Shown piece by piece: positions 35,147 through 45,052 of a stretch of DNA of 64,000 bases. Within the stretch, counting starts at the first letter, position 1; each line of letters starts with the position of its first letter. The translations under genes were made by a program, and so were the position numbers. The DNA lies in the sequence record MW879341.1; one strand, given 5' to 3'. Below the pieces are notes generated by a model. That model did no database searches, was not told the origin of the DNA, and saw only the letters and a list, made by a program, of their open reading frames with translations.

Positions 35147-37267
35147 ATGTTTACACTTGCACGCGAAGAATACACCCGTGACCTGGATATGGTAAAACAC
35201 TACCTCCACGACGCGGCCACGTATATGGCTACCGTGAAGGGGTTGCCTTACGACGTCTGTTATGAGCGCATCAAAGAGTCAATTGCTCCAGGCGGTCAGT
35301 TTGAAATGAAAGACCCTCGTGTTCTTTACCTGGCAAAAGAAACCGAAGGGAACCGTGAAGTCTATACCGGTACAATGTCAGACTACCTGAAGACGGTGGC
35401 TGAGAAACAATGTATTATGTCGGCTACGATGGCGGTGTATCTGAACCCAGCTGAGAAACAATCCATGCTGGCACAATACATCATGGGGAACTTACAGAAA
35501 CGTAAGGACGTTAAGAAGAAAATGTTTGAGTGCGATATGAAAGGCGATAAAGCCGGTAAAGCATTCAACAACATCTTGCAGACTACTTATAAGGTAAAGA
35601 ACAACAGTCTGTCAGGTGCACACGCATCAGCTTCCACCCCACTGTTTATTAAGTCAGGTCACTCGACTTTGACCAGTCTGTGTCGTGGTGCCTCTGGTAC
35701 AGCAAACGCAGCTAACGAACGTTTCATTACAGGTAACCGTCACTACTACAACTTGGATATCACGCTTTGGAATATTACGAGCATTATCGCACACAGCGAT
35801 TATGACAATATCAAAGTGGCTATGGACGAACACGGTCTAGCCTATCCAACGGTTGAGCAGACTCTGGGTATCATCAAACGTTCTACTGACCTCTACTGGC
35901 AGACAGAAGAGAAGATGGAAAGCATTATCCGTCTGGTTACGGGTATGACTCCTATCCAGCGTGCTGCCTTCTGCTACACTGGCGACTTCTGGCACATGAA
36001 AGAGTTCAATGATGCCTTTATGCGTCAGATGATCACTACTCTGATTACTAAGCGCGTCTATGATGTCGAAGATGCCAAGTCTGTAATCAAAGCTCTGGAT
36101 GATGACCAGTTCGCATTGGTTGGTTTGTTCTGTGGTCCTATCTTGAATGGCTCAACCATTTGGGACGTTGTAGGTGAAGGTGGTGATCGTCTGCGTTATG
36201 TGAGTTCAATCGCACACGGCCTGATGGATAACATCGCGAAGTATGCTTCTATTTATAAAGCATTCTTTGTTACCGCTAACGTACCTGGTTCTCTGGCAGC
36301 ATTCCCAACGTCTGTTCGCCGTACTGCTATCGTGTCTGATACAGACTCAACGATCTTTACTGTACAGGACTGGACTACCTGGTTCTCTGGACAGTTAGAC
36401 TTCTCAGAACAGTCTACTGACGTTGCATCAATCGTGGTGTACTTTACCTCACAGCTGGTTAAACACTATCTGGCCGTGATGTCTGGTAACATGGGTATTA
36501 TCCCAGAGAAAATCCACACTGTATCAATGAAGAACGAATATATGTTCCCGGTCTTCGCATTAACTCCGCGTGCTAAGCACTACTACGCATGTATGTCAGC
36601 GCGTGAAGGTAACGTATACGTCGAGCACGAAACTGAGATTAAGGGTGTATCCCTGAAGTCTTCTAAAGTACCTGACGAAGTTATGCGTGGGGCTAACGAA
36701 CTTATCGAACACATCATGGCAACGATTAAGAACTGTGAAGAGATTGATCTCCAACAGATTCTGAAAGATGTAGCTGATCGTGAGCGTGAGATCGAACGTA
36801 GTATCCGTGCCGGTGAAACTCGTTACCTGACTACAGCACAGGTTAAAGCTCCTGAGTTCTACGCTAAGCCTGAGAGTTCTCCATATGGTCACTACGTCAT
36901 GTGGCAGGACGTATTTGCTGACAAGTACGGTAATACCGAAGCACCTCCGTTCTTCGCAATCAAAGCATCTGTAGCAGCTAACAACAAAACGAAGTTCGCT
37001 GATTGGATTGCCAGCATTGAAGATCGTGACCTGGCACTGCGTTTAGAAACCTGGTCTCAGAAGTACGGGAAAGAAACCATGACCACGATTATGCTTCCAG
37101 CAAGCATCGTCCAGTCCGGTGGTGTACCGAAAGAGATCACCGATATCATCGATGTTCGCAAGATTATCTATAACACGATGGAAGCCTACTATCTGATCTT
37201 AGAATCGTTGGGTTACTATATCAACGTAGATGACAGTATTTCAAACCTCATCTCAGATCGCCACTAA
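35147..37267 (+). CDS. family B DNA polymerase, polymerase-domain subunit (phiKZ gp50-like)
   Basis: YKVKNNSLSG (motif B), IVSDTDSTIF (motif C), EIKGVSLK; GAGGA SD favours ATG 35147; synteny with chimallin. Confidence 0.9.
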   Translation: MFTLAREEYTRDLDMVKHYLHDAATYMATVKGLPYDVCYERIKESIAPGGQFEMKDPRVLYLAKETEGNREVYTGTMSDYLKTVAEKQCIMSATMAVYLNPAEKQSMLAQYIMGNLQKRKDVKKKMFECDMKGDKAGKAFNNILQTTYKVKNNSLSGAHASASTPLFIKSGHSTLTSLCRGASGTANAANERFITGNRHYYNLDITLWNITSIIAHSDYDNIKVAMDEHGLAYPTVEQTLGIIKRSTDLYWQTEEKMESIIRLVTGMTPIQRAAFCYTGDFWHMKEFNDAFMRQMITTLITKRVYDVEDAKSVIKALDDDQFALVGLFCGPILNGSTIWDVVGEGGDRLRYVSSIAHGLMDNIAKYASIYKAFFVTANVPGSLAAFPTSVRRTAIVSDTDSTIFTVQDWTTWFSGQLDFSEQSTDVASIVVYFTSQLVKHYLAVMSGNMGIIPEKIHTVSMKNEYMFPVFALTPRAKHYYACMSAREGNVYVEHETEIKGVSLKSSKVPDEVMRGANELIEHIMATIKNCEEIDLQQILKDVADREREIERSIRAGETRYLTTAQVKAPEFYAKPESSPYGHYVMWQDVFADKYGNTEAPPFFAIKASVAANNKTKFADWIASIEDRDLALRLETWSQKYGKETMTTIMLPASIVQSGGVPKEITDIIDVRKIIYNTMEAYYLILESLGYYINVDDSISNLISDRH

Positions 37268-37331
37268 CGGCATACAACACTCTCTACCCCGCAAAGGGTA
37301 GAGAGTGAGTTTTACTTTTGTACGTATGCTG
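37268..37331. terminator. bidirectional hairpin between convergent genes
   Basis: CGGCATAC..CACTCTCTACCC-CGCAAA-GGGTAGAGAGTG..GTATGCTG. Confidence 0.75.
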
Positions 37332-38406
37332 CGACTTGAGTCTCAAAGTCCAACAGTAACGACTTACGAACCGGTTGAGGTGCCGCATCAAAAAGACGGT
37401 CATTCTTGATACGCTGGATAAGTCTCCAGACGTGGTTACGTTCTTGTTGGTTCTGCACGTTGTCAAACTTAGCTGACGCAGAGAGTGCCAGTGAAGCGTA
37501 AGGAACGTAAGCAACCTCTAACACCCATTGGTTCTGGCGATGTACGACAGTATAAGGAAGTTGGACAAAAGCTAACATACTGCTTTTGGTTGCAGTAGGG
37601 ATTAGGTCCATTAACTCTTTGTACTCAAACCGGTTAAGCTTGATACTGTCGACAATCTGCCCTACCACGCGGTCTACGCTTGTGTAGTTGGTGGCAATAG
37701 CAATAGGTGTCTGTTTACCCTCACGGGCTACAGGCGTACCGTTCCAAGTATTCAGGATACGGTTAAACCAAGCCAGGGTTGTTTGACTAACCAGTAGGTT
37801 GGGTAAGACATACTGCGCAATGAACTGTTGGTTACGTTCACGGTTGCCGGTTTCAATATTCAGCTGAGACTTAACCCACCCGTAGTACTGGACCGCTAAT
37901 AAAGGAATGTCGATGGCGATAACCACATACCCATCTGGAACATTGGACTGTTTACCGTCTGGTAACGCCATGTCTAAATCTGTCAGGGTATGTCGAATCA
38001 CTTTTAGTGCTTCTATATTACGCCAGTCCTTTAACGCTTTCTCAGGGTCGATATCAAAGTCGACACTAACTAACCACTCTTGTCCGTCAAGGCCGTAGAA
38101 CCAACCACGTTCACCCTGTGTGGGTTTCTGGTTAGTGGGTGCAATGATACCTGCACCCAGACAAAGGTTTGGAACGAAGTCGGTGATAGCGTTAAAGTAT
38201 TTTCTTACATCGTCGTACAAAGGTATGGAGAAACTGCCGACCAAACGCGAGAGTATGTGCGCAGAGTCCACCGCTTCACCACTGGCAAACCAATGTCCTT
38301 TGAGTCTAGAGATGTTTTCATCCCAGCGACGACGGACAGCTTCGAAGGCTTGATAGTGATATCGTGGTGTGCCATTGGTACGGGGCGTTTCAAACAAGCT
38401 ATACAT
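37312..38406 (-). CDS. conserved phiKZ-like protein between DNAP and chimallin
   Basis: 364-aa minus-strand ORF, GGAGG SD, expected syntenic position. Confidence 0.75.
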   Translation of the reverse strand: MYSLFETPRTNGTPRYHYQAFEAVRRRWDENISRLKGHWFASGEAVDSAHILSRLVGSFSIPLYDDVRKYFNAITDFVPNLCLGAGIIAPTNQKPTQGERGWFYGLDGQEWLVSVDFDIDPEKALKDWRNIEALKVIRHTLTDLDMALPDGKQSNVPDGYVVIAIDIPLLAVQYYGWVKSQLNIETGNRERNQQFIAQYVLPNLLVSQTTLAWFNRILNTWNGTPVAREGKQTPIAIATNYTSVDRVVGQIVDSIKLNRFEYKELMDLIPTATKSSMLAFVQLPYTVVHRQNQWVLEVAYVPYASLALSASAKFDNVQNQQERNHVWRLIQRIKNDRLFDAAPQPVRKSLLLDFETQVAAYVQK

Positions 38407-38601
38407 GAAACCTCCGAGTTAAGTATTTTTTTACTTTGAATGCTCTATATTATAGAACGAATGACTGCCGCAAGGTGGTCGTCGGGAAAAGGGTTATATA
38501 ACGTAGTCTAAAAACTTTACCTGCAAATGACACATTGTATGTAGAGTAATCTACGGTGCCCTTAACCGGGCATAATACCCTATGGGGTAGTTTCAAGATT
38601 A

Positions 38602-38625
38602 TTTCAGATATACATTACCTTTGTG
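38602..38625 (+). promoter_or_regulatory. early promoter motif for chimallin
   Basis: TTTCAGATATACATTACCTTTGTG. Confidence 0.7.
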
Positions 38626-38675
38626 ATTAGTAATGGAACTAATCCAAACATTGCAATGTTTAAGGAATCGCAAAG

Positions 38676-40784
38676 ATGGCACTGAAACGTAACGAGTCAG
38701 ATAAGGCCGACGGGTCTTCTGGCATGGGGTCATTAGGGGACGCGCTTTTAGAAGCCGCCGCCAAGAAACCAGACAGCGCCGTAGCTGGCGAATTGTTAGC
38801 TGGAGGTGAACGTTCACTGGAGTCGGGTAATGCACAGGTAATTAACCCAGAGCCTGTAGCACAACCAATCCCAGCGGCTACACCAGTACAACCAGCGCCT
38901 ACCGCTCGTCCTGTACAACCAGCAGCACCAACCCATAACCACAATTCACAAACTTTCGAAAGCAAGGAACAAAAGATGGAACAAGTTAACGCATACTACG
39001 GTCTGGACGATTCTTACTCTGGCCTGAACCGTACTCTGGGTCTGACCTCTGGCGCTGTAGACGTCAACGAGTTCAAGAAGATCGCAGAGAGCATCCTGGA
39101 AAACGATCCGGCTGCATCTAAAAGCTCTTACGGCAAGCCTTCCTTTATTACTCTGGAAGCTGCTGCCCTGGGTCTGCCGTGCAACGCACTGGCGATCGTA
39201 ATGAACGCACGTAACGGCGCACAGAACGTGCCGCTGGTTTACACCCTGCTGATGGAACCATCAGAGCCGCTGGCACCACGCGAATACAATGTAGGCAACT
39301 ACACTGTTGAGCTGAAAGCTGTAACTGGCGATATCTACGGTGACGACTTCGCTCGTGCTGTGATGAACCACGTTAAGAAAGTGACCAACTCCGATGCCGA
39401 TCCAATCGACACCGGCGCTAACGTTGTACCGAACGGCCTGAGCCTGAAGGACGACGAAAACGCAACTCACGTTCGCAGCATCCTGTTCTTCGCATTCGGC
39501 GCACTGAACACCGTTTCCGACGTAATGTTCGGTACTCAGAAATTCCTGAGCCTGAAAGTGTCTGGCCAACAGCAGCTGCTGGCTAACATCAACTGGTCTG
39601 GCAAACAGCTGGAAACTGCTGCGGGTAACCCTATCCGTGCAGACATCGTGCTGACCACCACCAAGCGTGCTCGCTTCGACCGTAACCAGACTGCTGCACA
39701 CGCTGCCGCAACTCGTCCGGTAACTGCGCTGGCTGCGTACATGGACCTGTTCTACGCACCACCGCGTATCGAAGAGAACCCGAACCAGCAGCAGTACGGC
39801 TACAGCAGCTACGGTATCCCTGCGGATGCTAAAGTAATGTGGTACCCACGTATGGTTATCACTCGCTGCCTGCCACTGGGCAAAGTGATCAACGTTGGTG
39901 AACTGCTGCTGACTCTGGCGACTGCTACCGTTATCGGTACCAAGCACACCTGGATCAACGGCTTCCGTCCGGTGCGTGGTCAGGTTGGTATCCACGACAT
40001 CGGTGGTCTGGGTTGGGAACATGAGTTCGTGAAAGGCCAGCTGGCTCCTATCGATTCTCAGGACCCTAAATTCAGCCTGCCTGGTCTGCTGAGCCAGACT
40101 GTTGTAGACAACCTGTTCTACAGCATGGACATCGACGAAGTTGGTGACCTGACCTGGCTGGAAAGCTCACTGCTGGCAATTGCCCGTGGTGGTGAAGAAG
40201 CTGCTGCTGCGAACGATTACATCATCGCCGCTGCAAACGCACTGACCGATAACAAGTTCTCTGAGTGCTACGACGTGACTCAGCCGATTCTGGTTAACGA
40301 AGTCGTGCGCGTACACACTGGCTACTACATGGAAGGTGACCAGAAAGTTGACCTGCGTAACATCGACCACCTGGCAGTCCTGAACATGACCGGTAAGAAC
40401 GGTTTTGGTCTGGCACAGAAATGGTCTAACGCGCTGGTAGACTACCCGAACAACAACGCACTGTCTCAGCAGGAACGTCAGAACATCCTGGGTGAGCTGG
40501 CACCGAACGCTGTGATCAACGGCTACGCATCTCGCGTGACCTTCAACTCCGCGTTCCTGTTCGGTCTGGCGTCTGCGATCTCTAAAGCTGGCACCACTCT
40601 GGTTGTCAACGACGATGGCCGTCAGGCTACTCAGGAAGCTCGCGTGACTGCATCTTACGCGTCCTTCGGTCAGGGTAACGTGTACACCACCTCCCTGGTA
40701 TCTCAAGGTTACGGCAATGGTCAGAACCGTTCTCCGCGTGCTGTACAGACTCCTGTGTCTGGCAACATCTGGGGCAACATCTAA
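38676..40784 (+). CDS. chmA: chimallin (phage nuclear shell protein)
   Basis: 702 aa, strongest high-expression codon bias in the window, P/A/Q-rich N-tail, RADIVL..YMDLFY..PRMVIT core, position between DNAP and nvRNAP beta-prime as phiKZ gp54. Confidence 0.85.
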   Translation: MALKRNESDKADGSSGMGSLGDALLEAAAKKPDSAVAGELLAGGERSLESGNAQVINPEPVAQPIPAATPVQPAPTARPVQPAAPTHNHNSQTFESKEQKMEQVNAYYGLDDSYSGLNRTLGLTSGAVDVNEFKKIAESILENDPAASKSSYGKPSFITLEAAALGLPCNALAIVMNARNGAQNVPLVYTLLMEPSEPLAPREYNVGNYTVELKAVTGDIYGDDFARAVMNHVKKVTNSDADPIDTGANVVPNGLSLKDDENATHVRSILFFAFGALNTVSDVMFGTQKFLSLKVSGQQQLLANINWSGKQLETAAGNPIRADIVLTTTKRARFDRNQTAAHAAATRPVTALAAYMDLFYAPPRIEENPNQQQYGYSSYGIPADAKVMWYPRMVITRCLPLGKVINVGELLLTLATATVIGTKHTWINGFRPVRGQVGIHDIGGLGWEHEFVKGQLAPIDSQDPKFSLPGLLSQTVVDNLFYSMDIDEVGDLTWLESSLLAIARGGEEAAAANDYIIAAANALTDNKFSECYDVTQPILVNEVVRVHTGYYMEGDQKVDLRNIDHLAVLNMTGKNGFGLAQKWSNALVDYPNNNALSQQERQNILGELAPNAVINGYASRVTFNSAFLFGLASAISKAGTTLVVNDDGRQATQEARVTASYASFGQGNVYTTSLVSQGYGNGQNRSPRAVQTPVSGNIWGNI

Positions 40785-40809
40785 CTGTTGTTGAGCAGTA
40801 AGTGATTTG

Positions 40810-40833
40810 AGGGGAGCTTCGGCTCCCCTTATG
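40810..40833 (+). terminator. intrinsic terminator
   Basis: AGGGGAGC-TTCG-GCTCCCCT-TATG. Confidence 0.8.
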
Positions 40834-40868
40834 TCCCTGTTTCTATTTTTGTAGTGGAGTGTAGACAG

Positions 40869-42188
40869 ATGCGAGTAACGGGCATAACGGCCATGATCGA
40901 TCTGAACGATCTACCTATCGAATACGGTATCTGCCAAGAGCTGACTGACTTCGATCGTGAGATTGCAGTATTGACATGTTCACCAACCATTGTAAATGAC
41001 ATAGACTCTTCAACTTTAGAGGGAAAGGAGAAGCTCAATAGTCTACTGATCACGAATTACAAAGGTGATGCTCTACCTATCTTACCAACATGTGACTGCG
41101 GTAAATACCAAGGTGAACAGTACGTTGGTACGGTATGTGAAGAGTGTAACTTTATGGTTACTTCACCCACTGAGAAACCCATTGAATCGAATGTTTGGAT
41201 TGCAGCACCAGAAGGCGTACTGGGGTTAATTAACCCGGCGTTCTGGGCGATGTTCTCTAAACTACTGACAGTGAACAACACCAACATCTTAGAGTGGTGT
41301 GTAAACTCCAGTTATCGTGCTCCAGTGGAAAACCTGCAAGTCTTCGATATCCTGTCCAACTACATCATGCGCGATGGGCAACGATTCAAGCGTGGTCTGA
41401 ATAATTTCATCGATAACTTCGATGGGATCATTGAATTGTTAACTGATGGTAAGACCCTCCGAAACATCGCACCTGCTATGCGCGTTAAGATGCGTGAGTT
41501 CTGTGTGATGAACCGTGGGCGTATTTTCTGTCAGTATCTACCAATCCCCAACAAGCTGGCAATCGTCATGGAGCATACCCCAACAGGTACATACTCCAAC
41601 GAAACTGCCGGTGGTACCGCACTGGATGCTGTGCGTAGTATCGCCAGTATTTATGCAACGGCATTACCCGTAACTGCTACTAAGAAAGAAAACCGCTGCG
41701 TATTAGCAACAAAGCAACTAGCGGGCTATTTCTCAGTACAGTTCACTACCTCGTTAGGTACGAAGAAAGGATGGAACCGTAAACACGGCGTAGGTACACG
41801 ACAGGACTTTAGTTTCCGTTGTGTTATCGCCAGTATCACCGAGCCACACTACTATGAAGAATGTCATCTTCCATGGGGTGTAGCAGTTGGTATCTTTACG
41901 GTACACTTGTCTAACTTCTTCCTGAAGCAGGGATTGGCACCGAATGAGATCGAACGTCGTCTACATTTTGCGGTAACGCATTATGACGAAGAGATCGACG
42001 GAATGTTCAAGAAGATCATTGCTGACTCAGATGGACTGGGTCCAGCTATCATCCTGAACCGTAACCCAACCCTGTCCAGTAAGTCGATTCAGTTGCTGCA
42101 AATCACCAAAGTCAAGACGGATGTCAAAGACGTTACTCTTGGTATCTCTGTATTGATTCTTAATAGTTTCAATGCCGACTTTGACGGT
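40869..42188 (+). CDS. nvRNAP beta-prime N-terminal subunit, exon 1 (phiKZ gp55-like)
   Basis: CDCG..CEEC Zn site, RQDFSFRCVI, NRNPTL, ends at NADFDG; 440 codons. Confidence 0.9.
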
Positions 42189-43564
42189 AGAGCGTTGCCG
42201 TCGTTAAACGCTTCTAATTGCTGGGAACTCTTGAAGGTAGCCTAACCACAACGCAATCCGTAAAGGATAATCGTGACGGTTTGAAAATAGGCTATTATGA
42301 GACAATCAGCAGCGAAGTCCTTCTTGTATTACCAGCTGGGTAGGATACTCGGTGAGAGGGATGTGCTCAACGGCCATCGAAAGCACGCAGACGCAATGTC
42401 TGTGGAAGCAAGTAGAGTAGGGGAAACCCGAAACGAAGTGACATGGATGTAAGATATGGTCTAAAGTACGGTGACGTGCGTTGGTGATGTCTGGAAGCAT
42501 CACCGAAGTCGAAAGACTAAGCTACCAACATGTTCTATGGAGACACTATGGAGTTAAGAACCATACCCGGTACAGCTGGGTATTCAGCTTCGCGAGACGG
42601 TCGGATATTCAACCCTGACGGTATTCAGCGAACTGAATACACTAACGGGGATGGGTACCTTACCGCATCCGTGAAGTTAACAGATGGTCGATGGCAAACC
42701 TTCGGCATACATCGGTTAGTAGCACTAGCATGGATAGAATGTCCGGGTAATCCAGACGACTATACCGTCAATCACATCGATACCGATATCACTAATAATG
42801 ACGTCGATAATCTGGAGTGGGTAACGGCTCAGGTTAATAACCTACATGCGAGTTTAATGCGGTTAGTTGTGGATAGACCAACAATCTACATGCTCGACGT
42901 CGACGGAAGTTATAGCTTCATCGATAACTTGCATATGGCAGCACAAGTGTTGTCAGTGGATGTTGGATTGGCTTGGGATATGGTACGTGATGGAATTGAA
43001 GTGAATGGGGCTAAGTTATTCCCAATCACTAATCACACCGTTCTACCCGACCAACTGAGAAAACCATCAATAGGTAGTGGTGTAGACGCCATACTGGTGG
43101 AAGTTCCGGTTAAAGTCAAATCTATCAGCACAGGGTGCGTTCTGAACTTTAAATCAATGGGAGCGGCAGCAACGCACTTTGGTGTATCTGCTAGCCACAT
43201 CTATCAGGCAATCTGCAAAGATAGGGTTCGTGTGTTCAAACGCGACTACGTCGTTGTTAAGTCTGAGGATGAATTCCCAGAAGTGGATGATGCGACAAAA
43301 GAGAAAAGTCTGGCAGCTGTGGGTAAGGCTACTTGGGGATGGAACAGTGTCAGTAAAGTACTGTATGTAACCGATAGCGCTAGCCAACTTATAAAGCTAA
43401 CTGGCCTCAGTAAGAAAGCGGTAACAACGCGACTCAAACGCGACGGTTATGGCGAATTGGGTGATTGGATATTTTCATATGAAGATCAGTCCAGTCGAAT
43501 CTTAGAAAGAATAAAGGGTTCCAGCCCTTCTTGATAATGAACAATGTTGGTAGTACATATTCAG
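42189..43564 (+). mobile_element. group I self-splicing intron (IA-like) with homing endonuclease
   Basis: 5' exon ends GACGGU pairing with IGS GCCGUC (42197-42202); P AATTGCTGGGAA (42216), Q AATCAGCAGC (42304), R/P7 GGCCA (about 42372), S AAGATATGGTC (42451); terminal G 43564; AGAGCGTT pairs with exon 2 GACGCTCT (P10). Confidence 0.9.
42548..43534 (+). CDS. intron-encoded HNH homing endonuclease (NUMOD4-HNH plus HTH-type repeats)
   Basis: GYSASRDGRI, HRLVALAW, VNHIDTDITNNDVDNLEWVT; GGAG SD before ATG 42548 (upstream ATG 42530 lies in a stem). Confidence 0.9.
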   Translation: MELRTIPGTAGYSASRDGRIFNPDGIQRTEYTNGDGYLTASVKLTDGRWQTFGIHRLVALAWIECPGNPDDYTVNHIDTDITNNDVDNLEWVTAQVNNLHASLMRLVVDRPTIYMLDVDGSYSFIDNLHMAAQVLSVDVGLAWDMVRDGIEVNGAKLFPITNHTVLPDQLRKPSIGSGVDAILVEVPVKVKSISTGCVLNFKSMGAAATHFGVSASHIYQAICKDRVRVFKRDYVVVKSEDEFPEVDDATKEKSLAAVGKATWGWNSVSKVLYVTDSASQLIKLTGLSKKAVTTRLKRDGYGELGDWIFSYEDQSSRILERIKGSSPS

Positions 43565-43738
43565 GACGCTCTCAATGCGAAACTGATTACTGACCGGTAC
43601 ATGCGTCGTATGTTGGAACCACTCCGTCCACACGTAGGTGTATTGGATGTAGGTGGTCCGCGTAAGATCTCAGGCAACATCGCATTGCCAGCACCAGTAT
43701 TAGCAACAGCTGCTAACTGGTTGTACGGCGACGACTAA
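43565..43738 (+). CDS. nvRNAP beta-prime N-terminal subunit, exon 2 (phiKZ gp56.1-like)
   Basis: begins DALN, restoring NADFDG-D in frame; PH..L....P..ISGNI.LP...ATAANWL. Confidence 0.85.
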   Translation, partial: DALNAKLITDRYMRRMLEPLRPHVGVLDVGGPRKISGNIALPAPVLATAANWLYGDD

Positions 43739-43743
43739 AACTC

Positions 43744-43771
43744 AGGCAGGAGGAAACTCCTGCCTTTTATG
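43744..43771 (+). terminator. intrinsic terminator
   Basis: AGGCAGGAG-GAAA-CTCCTGCCT-TTTATG. Confidence 0.85.
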
Positions 43772-43788
43772 CGCTAAGGAATGAAAGA

Positions 43789-44142
43789 ATGGGAAATGTG
43801 GACGGGTTACCTATCGTGACGTATAACTTAGGGTTACTTCACAAGGTGCGTGATTGGATGGTGGGGACCAACGCCGTGCGCCTGAATACTATCGATGTAC
43901 AAAGTAGTGACAGCGTACCCGCTGGTGAAAGTAATATCTTCGAGACTGGTCTGCGTGCCTTTGACAGCGAGTCGTTTCTTGATATTGAGAACATTATCAA
44001 AGCCTTCAATCACCCACACGTAGATGATCACGTTTGCCATGTGCATGTGGATCGCATTTACATGGTCCAAGATGTTCTGGGTATTCGCATCCATGTGCGT
44101 AGTATCGTACATTACGTCCCAAAAACAAAAACTAAGGAATAA
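43789..44142 (+). CDS. hypothetical protein
   Basis: AAGGA SD. Confidence 0.65.
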   Translation: MGNVDGLPIVTYNLGLLHKVRDWMVGTNAVRLNTIDVQSSDSVPAGESNIFETGLRAFDSESFLDIENIIKAFNHPHVDDHVCHVHVDRIYMVQDVLGIRIHVRSIVHYVPKTKTKE

Positions 44143-44147
44143 AAGAA

Positions 44148-44426
44148 ATGGCATTAGTAAACATCCCCTACCTCCGTGACAACCTGAGTGCGTTAGTGCG
44201 TGCTCCGGTAGTAGCTATCACCGCTAACTCTCGCGATGCTCGTGGTCTGCGTCCAATTGCTGCAATCACCAAAGTCGTAGACGTTTTCAAAGAAGACCAA
44301 GTTGAAGACCTGGTAGAAGAAGTATTAGAAGAAGCAGCACACTTCGAGACTGATGTGTGGGTAGGTGAGATCAATTACCGCATGGTAGCTGGTCGGGTTC
44401 TCATTCTGGTTATCCTCTTCGAATAA
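44148..44426 (+). CDS. hypothetical protein
   Basis: AAGGA SD. Confidence 0.7.
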   Translation: MALVNIPYLRDNLSALVRAPVVAITANSRDARGLRPIAAITKVVDVFKEDQVEDLVEEVLEEAAHFETDVWVGEINYRMVAGRVLILVILFE

Positions 44427-44435
44427 GGTAAAGTT

Positions 44436-45050
44436 ATGCTGAACGATTTAGTATTACGCAATTTCCGCAGTCAGGTACGTATTGCCATCAAAGAAGGTTG
44501 GCCACTACCTGCCAGGGAAAACGAATTCTTATCGCCGTGCTCAACGCTCAAGACGTACACCCAGTTTGGTAAAGAGTTGTCCCCAGAGTTTATCGACGAC
44601 ATTATCGCCAACGTCGAAGCTCTACCAGCTAAACTCCCACGCTTTGCAAATAGCGAAGTGACGAACGTCTTGGCACACACCAAACGCGATGGTGTGGAAG
44701 TTGTGGTCATTCTTCGTGTGGACGCCATGGTTGAGCCTGAGCATCATACGGAATTCTCACGCTGGCGTGATTTCTATGCGGAACGCTGGATTCTGGGGCA
44801 AGACATTACATTCAAACAGCGTACCATGCGTTTCGGCGAATGTGTCATCTCTCCTCGTGAATTAGTGTATCGGGAAGCTGATACCATCGAGGAAGCCTTC
44901 GACCTACTTCGCACCACAGTCACTGTGATGTCTGACGACGCAGGTGAATCTGAAGAGTGGGTGCCGATTGAGTTCGGTGTGTTGAAAACTGCAACCGGTT
45001 TCCGTGCTACGTGTCTGGTATTCTTAGACGATACCGCAGAGGGTGAATAA
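44436..45050 (+). CDS. hypothetical protein
   Basis: AAGG SD. Confidence 0.7.
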   Translation: MLNDLVLRNFRSQVRIAIKEGWPLPARENEFLSPCSTLKTYTQFGKELSPEFIDDIIANVEALPAKLPRFANSEVTNVLAHTKRDGVEVVVILRVDAMVEPEHHTEFSRWRDFYAERWILGQDITFKQRTMRFGECVISPRELVYREADTIEEAFDLLRTTVTVMSDDAGESEEWVPIEFGVLKTATGFRATCLVFLDDTAEGE

Positions 45051-45052
45051 CG

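Noticed and set aside
39261-40706. Long minus-strand ORFs (253 aa, 179 aa) opposite chimallin
   Set aside because: Expected shadows of strongly biased codon usage on the + strand; no SD or motif. The same applies to 55286-55912, 56264-56848, 4364-4912 and 19429-20004.
42189-42245. ORF-track C-terminus of the beta-prime gene (NADFDG-RALPSLNASNCWELLKVA)
   Set aside because: Read-through into intron sequence, not real protein; ORF 42306-42503 (-) is also intron core.
43544-43564. ATG 43544 as an independent gene start
   Set aside because: It lies in the 3' arm of the intron closing stem; the true exon begins at 43565.
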